From Podarcis liolepis (lineage: Eukaryota), in NCBI GenBank assembly GCA_965112155.1, contig OZ218101.1: a DNA stretch of 64,000 nt; one strand, given 5' to 3'. Positions 24,616 to 36,353 of the stretch are shown here, one piece after another; position 1 is the first letter of the stretch, and each line of letters opens with the position of its first letter. The translations under genes were made by a program, and so were the position numbers. Below the pieces are notes generated by a model, which searched no databases, was not told the origin of the DNA, and saw only the letters and a program-made list of their open reading frames with translations.

Positions 24616-26086
24616 TATTCTGAAAATGCAACAAGTTAGATGCTGTTCTGAGCAAAGGAGCTAAAATAAATTTAACATGAAAAGCAATAGGAACTTCAGG
24701 GATCAGATTGGAACTGAGCAAGTATTTGAGAAAAATTCTAGAAAGAATGCAACTAGGAGAATTTCTTTCCTGGACTCGAAGGTAGCAAAAGTCTATCATC
24801 TTACTATGATTAGAAGTATTGTGAGTGATATAAATCTGATTATTCATGGTAACACAATGGTAACACAACAGTTTATTCAACTTTCTAGATTTCAAATTTC
24901 AAAGTTTGGATCTGAAACCCATTAAGTTACGCTTTGTCAAAGGAACCAATCAATTTCAAAGTTTGGATCTGAAACCATACATCAACCAATCACACTGATG
25001 ACACTTGGGGTTTATAAAATATTGTCATGTTTCACATAACGTATTTCTACAATTTACATGAATGAAATGCATATGAAAAGAAAATGCTTTGCAAGATTGA
25101 AATATAGAACTTTCACCAGTGGTTTATAACTTTCATCCATGTTTTATAACACTGGATTCGTAATTTGGCTACCCAGTTTCAAATTATAACACAATCAGTT
25201 CAGCCATCACTAATTCTGCTTTCAATCTTGCTTGTGGGCTGTTGTCTACAGACCACAGTTTAAAAGTCACTGCTTTACACTTAATAATTCCATTCTGCTT
25301 TCAATCTTGCTTGCTCAGTTTGGTTTTTTAAAAAAAAACAAAATTGGCTAATTTTCCACTTGAAAAATCCTTCTATTACTGATCCCAATATGCAATCATT
25401 TCAAATTGGAGAAAGCTTAAAAACCAGTCACGAGTAATAGAAATCTGATTATTCATGGTAACATTTACAGCAGTTTATTAAACTTTCTTGATATGTTGGT
25501 ATTACCCTCCTGCAGTTTTTGTTTAGTGAGTTTTCAATTTTATTTGCATGGTGAAAGCAGCCTAGGGATAACAGTAGCTGGTAGTTTCGCAATAGTTAGT
25601 TCTTCTGGTTATATTCTGCTCTCTGTGAGCCCCACAAACTTAAACTATACAAAATAATTTGAAGCATTTCAGGACCATGAACAGATGCCAGCAGGAATAT
25701 TGTAATGTGTGTGGTGCCATGTGAACTTTTCATATTTGGGGGGCTAACTAGTCCTCTCAGGCTCTCCACCTTTCCAGCAGAATAGAACACCTTAATGGAG
25801 CAGTCATGTGGGCTAGAGCCTTTGCACACTTATTTCTGTTATTTCTCACTGGGTCTATTGTCTGTGTTGGCTAGGCGGCTCCGTAGAGTGTGGAATGCTG
25901 AGAGTCATAAAGCCAGAGCCTCAGGTGAATACAGGCTTGAGTTTGGTGTGTTCTTAGCCAACGTGCTCAGTTTCTGTTGGGGCCCTCTGTAGCTTGTGCT
26001 ACTGGCCCTTCTGATCTAGCTAGCTCCTAAGAGGTTGTGTCAGTCCTAGATGATGTTTGCAGTAGGGGTCGTGGTACCAACTACTG

Positions 26087-26200
26087 CAGGGATGAGGAAC
26101 TTCTGATCTTCCAGATTTGCGAGACTACATCTCCCATCATTCCAGAAGATTGATCATTTCAGCTGGGGCCGATGCAGTTGAACAAAATCTAGAGGCCCAG
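26087..26200. mobile_element. Decayed palindromic hAT-type MITE
   Basis: cagggatgaggaactt...gactacatctcccatca...tctagaggcc; same family as 2881-3019. Confidence 0.55.
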
Positions 26201-26613
26201 CATGAACCATAAAATACGAATTCTAATATGCTTTTTTTTCCCAAGCACAACTACTTCGCAAAATTCAGGAAAGTGCATAATCGGATTGTCCAAGAACTGC
26301 CAATTATTTTTTTTGCTTTAAAATACAGAGTGAATTAAATTCTCCTTCTTCCCTAGCAGTGTATTTAAAATTTCTAACAACTGACTGTCATTATTTTGGA
26401 TCCTTGAGTTCCGGACACATTCTAAAACCAGTAGAAAGAAATCACAAATGGAGATGATGACTTCATTTGCTTCTTATGTGGCATTCTGAGCCTGAGCACT
26501 AATTACCAATGGCCTTACAAAACCACAAGTGCCCCCTGGACTGCTGATGTGGCTATAGAATAATAAAGTAATGCAATTAAATAAATTTTTGCAAAGCATT
26601 ACATTAGCATTAA

Positions 26614-26969
26614 GGGACACGGGTGGCACTGTGGGTTAAACCACAGAGCCTAGGACTTGCCGATCAGAAGGTCGGCGGTTCGAATCCCCGCGACGGGGTG
26701 AGCTCCCGTTGCTTGGTCCCTGCTCCTGCCAACCTAGCAGTTCGAAAGCACGTTGAAGGGCAAGTAGATAAATAGGTACCGCTCCGGCAGGAAGGTAAAC
26801 GGCATTTCCGTGCGCTGCTCTGGTTCACCAGAAGCGGCTTAGTCATGCTGGCCACATGACCCGGAAGCTGTATGCCGGCTCCCTTGGCCAATAAAGCGAG
26901 ATGAGCGCCGCAACCCCAGAGTCGGTCACGACTGGACCTAATGGTCAGGGGTCCCTTTACCTTTACCTA
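26614..26969 (+). mobile_element. Full-length young Sauria SINE
   Basis: Intact B-box-like ggttcgaatccc, CpGs retained, (ACCTTT)n-like tail; 12-bp TSD acattagcatta (26601-26612 / 26970-26981). Confidence 0.96.
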
Positions 26970-28062
26970 ACATTAGCATTATATGGCTTAAAGAAGCATA
27001 TTAAACACCACATTTTGAAGTAAGTGAAGTTAAAGCACATTACCATCTGTAGAGTGAGCCTCCATAAGACTATACCTATCTAGAATTACCTAATTGTACC
27101 ACTGAAATTGGAAAAAAAACATAAACATTATATTAGTAGGTTCAAAACAGAAAATAGCATTTTCTTATAAATCTGCTACTATACTCCTTAGAAGTAAATG
27201 GCACAAAAATACTTTCCAAATTACAAATTATAGATGGATTTTAATTAGGGCAGCTTTAGTTGAATAGTATGCAGACAGTTTATGCCTTACTTGATTAAAT
27301 TTAAATAAATTTACATGCTTCAAAAACAGTTGAGGTGCTTACGTGAAGATCTTTGAAGACAATTTCTCTTGTGTATAATTTAAGTAAGTAATTTAAAGCT
27401 ACCACTTATTGGTAAAAGAGAATCCATTTTAAACATGTTTAAATATATAATTTGAGAATGTGGGGTATTGCCATTATAGCAACACATTATCATTGCTTCA
27501 ATAATGAATGCACTGAACATCTGATGGTACTGTGAAATATTCATATTTGAAAGAAGGCACAGGCCCTGAGCACTGTCTGTTTCAAATGTCTGTTGTTTAA
27601 AAGAAAGGGGCATGATTTTACCATGACAGAATGTCTGTGTGCTAGCTTTGCATAGTCTGGAAGGAAATGTTATCTTGATGTTTCATTACTCTGGTGCATG
27701 AAGGTGGGAGCTAACACATAAGTCCTTGTCCTGCGTTATAGTAGTCTTTGTTCAAAAGATCCAAGTGGCAATGATTTTTTTTATTGTTGTCTCTTCTGCC
27801 ATTAAGCAGGGAGCAAATTTGAATATATGTTTTAAATGAAGGTGCCTTGGAGCTATTTTCAGCTCGTCAGAGGTGAAGAAGGATCTATTTGAGGTGGCAT
27901 GAGTCAAATCAAGGTTTCCTGAAACACTTTGTGGAGACGATGATCCAAACATTTTAAAAAAATGCTGCAGAAAAAGGTCTGCTGTAAACAGAAAGTATGT
28001 CTCTAAGCAGTGTTTTTTCCAGAAAAAGAAGTGCAGGAACTCCCACCTGTTTTGGATGGACA

Positions 28063-28289
28063 NNNNNNNNNNNNNNNNNNNNNNNNNNNNNNNNNNNNNN
28101 NNNNNNNNNNNNNNNNNNNNNNNNNNNNNNNNNNNNNNNNNNNNNNNNNNNNNNNNNNNNNNNNNNNNNNNNNNNNNNNNNNNNNNNNNNNNNNNNNNNN
28201 NNNNNNNNNNNNNNNNNNNNNNNNNNNNNNNNNNNNNNNNNNNNNNNNNNNNNNNNNNNNNNNNNNNNNNNNNNNNNNNNNNNNNNNNN
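28063..28289. other. Assembly gap (N run)
   Basis: Run of N. Confidence 1.
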
Positions 28290-28513
28290 TATCCCACTTT
28301 ATCACTACCCGAAGGAGTCTCAAAGCGGCTAACATTCTCCTTTCCCTTCCTCCCCCACAACAAACACTCTGTGGGATGAGTGGGGCTGAGAGACTTCAGA
28401 GAAGTGTGACTAGCCCAAGGTCACCCAGCAGCTGCATGTGGAGGAGCGGAGACGCAAACCCAGTTCCCCAGATTACGAGTCTATCGCTCTTAACCACTAC
28501 ACCACACTGGCTC
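28290..28513 (-). mobile_element. Squam3-like SINE (tail lost in gap)
   Basis: Reverse complement of the 20291-20533 element, ending gctcttaaccactacaccacactggctc. Confidence 0.92.
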
Positions 28514-29567
28514 TCAGTGGGAGCACCAAAGGGGGCAACAGCAGTTGCTTTTGGCACCGTCATTGTCACCTCCATTGCGCATCTACAAGCACCATGCCAC
28601 CAGCCTTGCAGCCCCAAGAAAGGGATGAAATGCTAAAGAGGAACTCACCACAGAGGTGCCGGAACTCAGTTCCAGTGAGTTCCAGCTGAAAAAGCCCAAT
28701 GTACATCAACATGTACTTTTGTGGATGAACACGTAAACAAGTGATCTCCTGAAATTACACTATCAACAAAATAGGGGGTGGAGATCCTATTCCTGAGTAC
28801 ATCATCCTATTCTTGAACTCGTGATTTAAAAATGGAGCTGCAGTTTCCTTGAATGAGCAAAACTAATTTAGATTGATTTGCATTACTTAACATTCATTTA
28901 AAATCTCCTAATGTTTTCTGTTAATAAATTTAGCAATTAAGTCCACTATTGATTTTTAACGATGACAACACAAATGCAGTTTAATTACCATAATCTGGGT
29001 GCTTGAGATGAAATTAGATCATTTTAGCAATGTGCCAACTTATTAAAATATAAAATTATTATTCTAATAGCAAACAAAATAATGTGGAAGAATGCCAAAA
29101 GAGCCGGGTTAGGAAAGCTAACCCTCCTGGCAATGCAACTCTGATCAACATTGAAGACCACACATAGAACTGGACAAAAAAAGTAAGAGAAAGTGGTGAA
29201 AGGCTGAGAGGACAGAAAAAAATGTACCTTGAATGAATTCCTAGAGCATTTGCTGCACCTTTCTATGGCCGCAACTTCGAAGAAATGCTTGAATATAGCA
29301 GTTATATGGCTTCATTTTTACATAGATACATACATATCTAATGCATACATACATACAGAATTTTATTTGTATGCTGACTTTTAATCGTTAAAACCTTGCT
29401 TAAGGTGCCTTTTACAACATGTAAAAATACATAATTACAAACATAACAAAAGTAGCCATAAACAATAATTAAAAAGCACACAACCAAGTTGAAACAATTT
29501 CCATATAAATCTTAATAACATCTAAAATAAAGATACGTGTGTGTGTGTCAAAAACAGCAACAACAGT

Positions 29568-29880
29568 CCAGTGTGGTGTAGTGGTTAAGAGTGGTGGACT
29601 TTTAATCTGGTGAACTGGGTTCGCTTCCCCGCTCCTCCATATGCAGCTGCTGGGTGACCTTAGGCCAGTCACACTTCTTTGAAGTCTCTCAGCCACACTC
29701 ACCTCACAGAGTGTTTGTTGTGGGGGAGGAAGGGAAAGGAGATTGTTTGCCACTTTGAGACTCCTCAAGGTAGTGATAAAGCGGGATATCAAATCCAAAC
29801 TACTACTACTACTACTACTACTCTTCTTCTTCTTCTTCTTCTTCTTCTTCTTCTTCTTCTTCTTCTTCTTCTTCTTCTTC
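29568..29880 (+). mobile_element. Squam3-like SINE with compound (TAC)n(TTC)n tail
   Basis: Same body as 20291 copy; microsatellite tail 29801-29880. Confidence 0.92.
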
Positions 29881-30545
29881 TAAATGATACCCCATCCAAA
29901 GAGACTGTTCAGCAGTCTCAGCTTTTGTAACTGGAGTCAGTCAGGGCCCCTTCTTCCCAGGCCAAGTGGGAAAAGGCCAGGGAGACAGGAAGCAGGTCTT
30001 CCAGGACTCACAGATGAGATGATTTTAAATGCCAAGTTTTAGCTATAATGTGAAAATGGCTGTATTGTTAGCATGCTGAGTACTGCCCTGGGTTCTTTCC
30101 AGAGGAAAGAGAATATATAAACACAATAAATAAATAAAAATAATGCTAGCTAAAACCAGCAGTCATAAATAATATGCTACAGTTAAATGTAAAGTTGACA
30201 TGTTCATGCAAGGCCTTAACAAATGAATCAACAGTTTCTCAAGGCTTCTTAGCTCTTTGATAGAAGCAAGTCCTCTCATTACTGACATTCCTCTCGGGGA
30301 CGAAACAGGAATCTAGCATACATAGCATGAAGGAGTGAGCTTACTTGCACTGTTCTTTCCTCCTGGTGGAGCTTGGTAGCCAGCCAAAATGAAGCAAACT
30401 TTCCCTTCAATTCAGGTCATGCTGCTGGATTATTAAAACTAAAGGATCCTAGTGCAAAGAGCTGTGCCATTTTCTTTGTTTTTCAAAAAAAGGATTTGTG
30501 AGTTTAAAACTTGACTTTGGGTACCATGTCATGAGAGCTATACAG

Positions 30546-30673
30546 CAGGCATGGGAAATCTGTGACTCTCCTGATATTTGTTGGAATACAGAAACCGTAA
30601 TTCTGACCATTGGTAATGCTGTCTGGGGATGATGGGAGTCCAGTAATACCTGTCCAGAGGTTCCCCAACCCTG
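30546..30673. mobile_element. Palindromic hAT-type MITE
   Basis: caggcatgggaaatctg...cagaggttccccaaccctg inverted termini; internal gatgatgggagt. Confidence 0.7.
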
Positions 30674-32057
30674 CAGGTAACTTTTATGGGATATTTCATA
30701 CATGATGAGAACAGACACCAGAAACTCATGACTCCACACAAGTACAAGTATGGCCAGTGCCATCTAGTGACTTAACCATATCCACACTATCCACACAAAA
30801 ACATTCACTTTTGTTCTAAAGTCCTTATGGACAGCGAGTCCTTAATTCCCTTTACTCTTATGGGGTGTACTCTGAGGATATTTTCAGACAACCAGAAAAC
30901 CCAAGAGGCATGTATATTGTTAAGTCACATCTAATGGCATAAGGAAACAGATATTTACAGACCCAATGACGCAATTAATTTTAGCATTACCACTGCCCCT
31001 CTCCTCCCATCTCAAATAGTTGCTCAGAAATCTAGCAAATGGAGGCATCGTAGTACTGTATTTAACCACCTAGAGGCTACAACTAATTACCTCTCCAATG
31101 AATTACAACACAATGTGCTAAGCTTTTAAGCAGCTATGTTGGGAACTTCAGTTGAATTCATGCTGAGAGCAGAGCATACAGCAGAATTAATATCAATATG
31201 GTTTATTAACTGCCAAAAATAGCACCCTGGTTATAGAATTCACTCCCCCTGTTGATCTTTATTTTTTGACACCACCAGGTCTTCAAGAGTTAAGGTTTGG
31301 CTTCCATCATAATATATGGACAGATTTGTGCTGTTGCAAGTGGACTGTGCTGTGTTGCTTGCATCATTTTATGGCTGAGTTAGACAAACAAGTAGTGTGA
31401 CCAGGTATAAACTCATGTTCTTAAGCTGCATGTCTTAATTGGCTCTTGAATGCATTCTCTCACAGCAGTTTGTCCATCCTTACAAGGTCTTTATTGCACA
31501 TACTTGGATAAGCCAAGGGAGCAGGTATTAGATCCTCTCATCCCTGATAATCCAATTAGTTTGTTAGATCACTGTGCAACACATACATTTTCTCTCCTTT
31601 GGCTATGCCTTACTCATGATGGGAGGGAGTATAGAATAGTATTACTGGATTAATGTATCACTTTGGAAAGAATTTAGGTCATTACTGTGTAAGTCACAGC
31701 AGCCGGTGCGAAGTCTCACCTGTTGTTTTATTAGCAGTGACAACCATAGCTATGGTTTGAAAAAATAAAAATGAGAGAGAGAGAGGAAAAAAAATGGAAA
31801 CCAAATTCACTACTCAGCATTTCCAAAGGAAAGGACTGCAATTAGAGAAGAGCAATGTGTTCCTTAATTGGGTTATCACTAAAAAATACAAGCTGGCAGG
31901 TACATATTGCAAATAATTGCCAGGAGCTGAAGAGGATGTGTGCATAAGTGCTAGCAGCGATATTTTTTTAATGCTAAAATGCTAGCCACCAACTTTATTT
32001 TGGAAAATTCAAACGTTAATGAAGAATGTTCCTAAAAATCCCATCCTGGGGATTTTC

Positions 32058-32308
32058 TAGGGCTGCCCTATGTCTGCATTTTCCCAGACATTACCAGGAT
32101 TTAAAGATGGAATTTATGTCCGGGGGGGGGGGTTACAAAAGGTGGTCCTTTGTCCTGGATCTTAGGCAAATCAATTGAAAAGGGGAGGGGCTTTCTTGTG
32201 TGTTTTTGTAAAATCTCAACAACATTGGGGTTTTCCTCTAAAAAACCCTCAACCATTTTGGTGGTTTCCTTAAATAAGGCTCAACAGCTTTCAGAGTGTC
32301 CTGCCCTA
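32058..32308. mobile_element. Decayed hAT (Blackjack-like) non-autonomous element
   Basis: Starts tagggctgccc, repeated gtcc(g/t)gg motifs, ends gtcctgcccta. Confidence 0.5.
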
Positions 32309-32365
32309 GATTTTCAGTAGTTAATTATTTTACAGGGTCTGTCTCTCTCTGTGTGTATGTGTGTA

Positions 32366-32591
32366 CAGGGGTACCTTGGATTACAAACACCGCAGGTTAC
32401 AGACTCCGCTAACCTGGAAGTAGTACCTCAGGTTAAGAACTTTACCTCAGGATGAGAACAGAAATCACACGCCGGCGGTGCGGCGACAGTGGGAGGCCCC
32501 ATTAGCTAAAGTGGTGCCTCAGGTTAAGAACGGTTTCAGGTTAAGAACGGACCTCCGGAACAAATTAAGTACATAACCAGAGGTACCACTG
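32366..32591 (+). mobile_element. Tc1/mariner-pogo MITE, copy 2
   Basis: caggggtaccttggatta...taaccagaggtaccactg; TA TSD. Confidence 0.9.
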
Positions 32592-34059
32592 TATTGGACA
32601 GAGGTGCCAGTCCACTCAGCTCTCTTGGACCTTGCACTAGCTGACCCTGGAGTGATGGAAATGGTTACTGAAATGTTTCAGTGTGGCACACCTCTTTCTG
32701 CCTGCTAATCATACCAACAAGAGTGGTGCTGGCTCTATGCTGGCTCTATGCTCTATGGCTCTATGCTTGCTAGCGTAAGCTCCCAAAATGTGGTGCTCCA
32801 AAGGTGGGGAGGAGTGGAGCTGGCTTGGGTAGAAGTGGGTGTGCTGCATCAATGGAGTGAATGCGGGGGGGAAATGAAAGTCTCTTTTGCAGGAGAAGAA
32901 AACTAGAGAAATCTGAGGACAGAGACAGATGACAGTAAAATATGGACCATGCCATTCCCTTGCTCTTAGTATTAAATGAAATGCTTAGACACCTTGATAG
33001 AAATCTTTGTTAAATCAGTTTTCCTTTAGTCAATGGACTTTTTGTTCTCTATTACATCTTATAACACAGTTATATACAGTTGCAATTGATGATTGATAGC
33101 TTCTATAGATAATTCAATAATGAAGTTTCCCCGGAATGTGCATGGAGGGAAGGGGAAAAATGGAATTTACTTGTGCATTCCCATCCATGATATTGCTTCC
33201 CTCCTGGTCTATATTCAATTCTGACTACTTAAAAACAAATAATAAATCCATTTCCAAACCCTTTTCCTGCCTTAAAATTGTGCAAAGAAAAGATGACTAG
33301 AGATGCAATGAACATGCAACAGTTTTGATTTCAGACTTTTAAAAATGAACTGTTTAGTTATATTTTACAGGTTGTAAAGCAAAGAACAAGATGGGAAAGA
33401 ACCATATTTCAATTTACCCATCCTTTCATGCTTATATATACACACTGAGTAAGAGAAAACAGAGTGGACACAGGAACAATTGTTGCAAGCATCTGTGTCC
33501 TTCAGTCTGTTCTAAATACCTCCTCTTCATCTTTATTTATTTTATTTTATTCATTCATTCATTCAAGTATTTATATCTCTGCTTTCAAGCGAAAAGCCTT
33601 CACAAACCACTTTGCAATATAGCTATAGTAGTAGAAAGCTCAAATAAGCCTCAAACTTACTTAAATGTTCTCACGCTGTTGAAATTATTTTTGGCATATA
33701 AATGGATAGACCTCTCAGATACTTTTGCTTCATAGCCATAAAAAAAGGGGTTCCGTCTCACCATGGTTATGTGAGTGGAGCTGATTTTCAAGCATGAGCT
33801 TCTGACTTTCAGGAGTGAGACTGGAGGTTACAGGGTTTGGATTATCCAACTGGTGTAATCTTGCCTAGGGAGAAAGGCTTCATATATGTGAAGAAATAAA
33901 ATGGTTAATTTTCCCTCTTACATTTTCACCTGCATACAGATATAGCTTTGTGCAGCTATATGTTAACCAACTGACACCATTTTCATCTATATTTTAGACT
34001 TCCGAATAAGGAGTGGAGCAGTTTGGGAGAGACTGAACAGCTCTTAGGAAGAATTAAGA

Positions 34060-34360
34060 ATAAGCCAATTAAAAATATCTCCTTCTTTGACAATGTTCTT
34101 GAGTGGGTGGTCACTGGACAACTGCAGACATTCTTGGTTGAGAAGGGGATTCTAGATCCATTTCAATCTGGGTTTCAGCCTGGTTTCAGCACTGAGACTG
34201 CCTTGATTGCCTAGTATGTGCTGGGGAAAAGGTGAAGGGGGTGTGCCCCCTTTTGATACTTCTCAACAATTTGAAGGCTGCCAGTGCCATCAACCATGAC
34301 GTCCTTCTGGAGTGACCAGTCAGGCTGGGAGTTGGAGGCCCTGCTTTGCAAACTCCAGAA
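34060..34360 (+). mobile_element. Decayed L2 LINE RT-domain fragment
   Basis: PIKNISFFDNVLEWVVTGQLQTFLVEKGILDPFQSGFQPGFSTETALIA matches the L2 RT motif LDPFQSGFRPGFSTETAL. Confidence 0.85.
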
Positions 34361-34460
34361 GGTGGTGCTTGGGGGGGGGTGTTGTAGCCATGAGATTGAT
34401 TCAAAAGCAAACAGCTAAATGGAAGTAGTTCTAGAATTTAACTTTCAGTGAAGATCTCGT

Positions 34461-34827
34461 TTTTGAATTATGGTGCTGGAGGAGACTCTTGAGAGTCCCA
34501 TGGACTGCAAGAGGATCAAACCTATCCATTCTTAAGGAAATCAGCCCTGAGTGCTCACTGGAAGGACAGATCCTGAAGCTGAGGCTCCAATACTTTGGCC
34601 ACCTCATGAGAAGAGAAGACTCCCTGGAAAAGATCCTGATGTTGGGAAAGATTGCAAGCAGAAGGAGAAGGGGATGACAGAGGACGAGTTGGTTGGACAG
34701 TGTTCTCGAAGCTACTAACATGAGTTTGAGCAAACTGTGGGAGGCAGTGGAAGACAAGAGTGCCTAGCGTGCTCTGGTCCATGAGGTCACGAAGAGTCAG
34801 ACATGACTAAACAACTAAACAACAACA
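34461..34827 (+). mobile_element. Bov-B (RTE-clade) LINE, 5'-truncated
   Basis: FELWCWRRLLRVPWTARGSNLSILKEISPECSLEGQILKLRLQYFGHLMRREDSLEKILMLGKI is the Bov-B ORF C-terminus; (AAC)n tail; TSD aagatctc(g/a)t at 34451-34460 / 34828-34837; in-frame stops. Confidence 0.95.
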
Positions 34828-36180
34828 AAGATCTCATAGGATCAAAATTGCACCTAGATGGTTTTCTGGATCATTTGGTGGAGGGGTGGGGGATAAGCAT
34901 TGAAAAATATATTCCTCATAATTCCCCCTCTTTTTCTTTTATAGCTCACTCAAAATGTACTAGACATGGTGTTTGTAAAGGATCCATTCCATAACCCCAG
35001 CTGGTAAGAAGTGTCTGAAGCAGTAACATATGCAGACCTAGCCACCCCATGTTTTTATTGAGCCTAGCAATAAGGGTCACTAGTTTAATTCAGGTGGATA
35101 AAGATACCATTAGGCAAAGAAAAGCACATTTTTAGGTCCACTGTACTTTGGCTCTATTCTTTCCTATTTCACCTGAATCATGCCTCTGTGCAAATTGTGT
35201 TCAGCATTTTTCAGATCACATATTCCTGTTAGAGTGTTCCTCACAGTGGGTATTCAAAGGCGGAGCAGGTCAGCCTGTAGCATTTACAAGTGCCTCATCT
35301 AGTTAGTATACAATGTCAGGAACTGACTGTTCATTATGCTAATGAACCTGCATAAAATAATGCGGAGGGCTGACCATTTTAATTGCAAAGAAACAGTTCG
35401 GTTTCCTATAACAAACACTGAGAACATTACTCTGTTGTTGTTTTTCACAGTGAGGTGAACATCAGAACACATTATGACTGATTTGGTAAATAATCTGAAT
35501 ATTACAACCACACAGTCATTAGGCATATTCTGTTTAAAGGTTTTGTTAACATAGTACAACATAACACAACAAAGTTTCTGTGATATGTGTCTAGATTATT
35601 CTACTAATGTCTTAAAGGATGTTACAATCCATATGCAGACCAAGGGTTGCTCAAAGATTAATCCAGCCTCCATTTTTAAGTGAGCCTACACAACTCACAG
35701 CTCCTGCACTAATGCACAGACTGGAACACCATTATCCCTGTTTTAACATTTCTTGGAATTTTGTGATGCATATTAAAATGCATATGAACTGTGTGTATTG
35801 AGTTAAATGCATAGAAAAATGTGTATTTTAGGAGAATATGTGGAGAAGGTGTATTTTGTGAAGAAATGTTAAAGAATGCAAATTGCCATGGTTTATTTGA
35901 AAAGAAATTGCAGAATGATTTGGAGATGGGATAGGATGGAGTTATGAACGAACACATGTGAAGCTGACACAAACTGTAAATAGTCTGATTCATCACCCTT
36001 ACTAGGTCCCACATCAGTCTCTCACATACTGCACTTTTCTTCCCTGCCTTGTCAAGCTTAAACATCCATGTTCTCCTGCATTCTTTGTTTCATTTGCCTC
36101 TTGACAGATCACAGCATAGATCACAGTAGCTAGAGTGAGGACCCACTACGGGGTCCAGAAATAACTGCCTCAACCTCTGG

Positions 36181-36353
36181 GAAGGGTCATAGATCAGTGG
36201 GAGAACATTGGCCTCACATACACAAGGTTATCCCAAGTTCAACCCCAAGCTTCTCCAGGTTGGGCTGGGAGTATGCCCTAGCTGAAACCCTGGTGGCCAG
36301 TGAGCTAGATGGGACAATTGTCTGGCTCAGTATAAGGTAGCTTCCTATGTTCC
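36181..36353 (+). mobile_element. Old tRNA-derived SINE
   Basis: catagatcagtgg...ccaggttgggctggga...ctgaaaccctgg...gagctagatgg...tataaggtagcttcctatgttcc; same family at 41255, 49592, 52137. Confidence 0.7.

Noticed and set aside
24895-24976. CRISPR-like repeat-spacer-repeat (25-bp repeat, 32-bp spacer)
   Set aside because: Only two repeats, vertebrate context and no cas genes; a local duplication explains it.
26614-26700. tRNA gene-like A/B boxes
   Set aside because: These are SINE heads continuous with SINE bodies and TSDs, not cloverleaf tRNA genes.
27752-28636. Longest ORFs (203 and 208 aa), and those at 17901-18190
   Set aside because: They are artefacts of reading through N gaps and SINE sequence.
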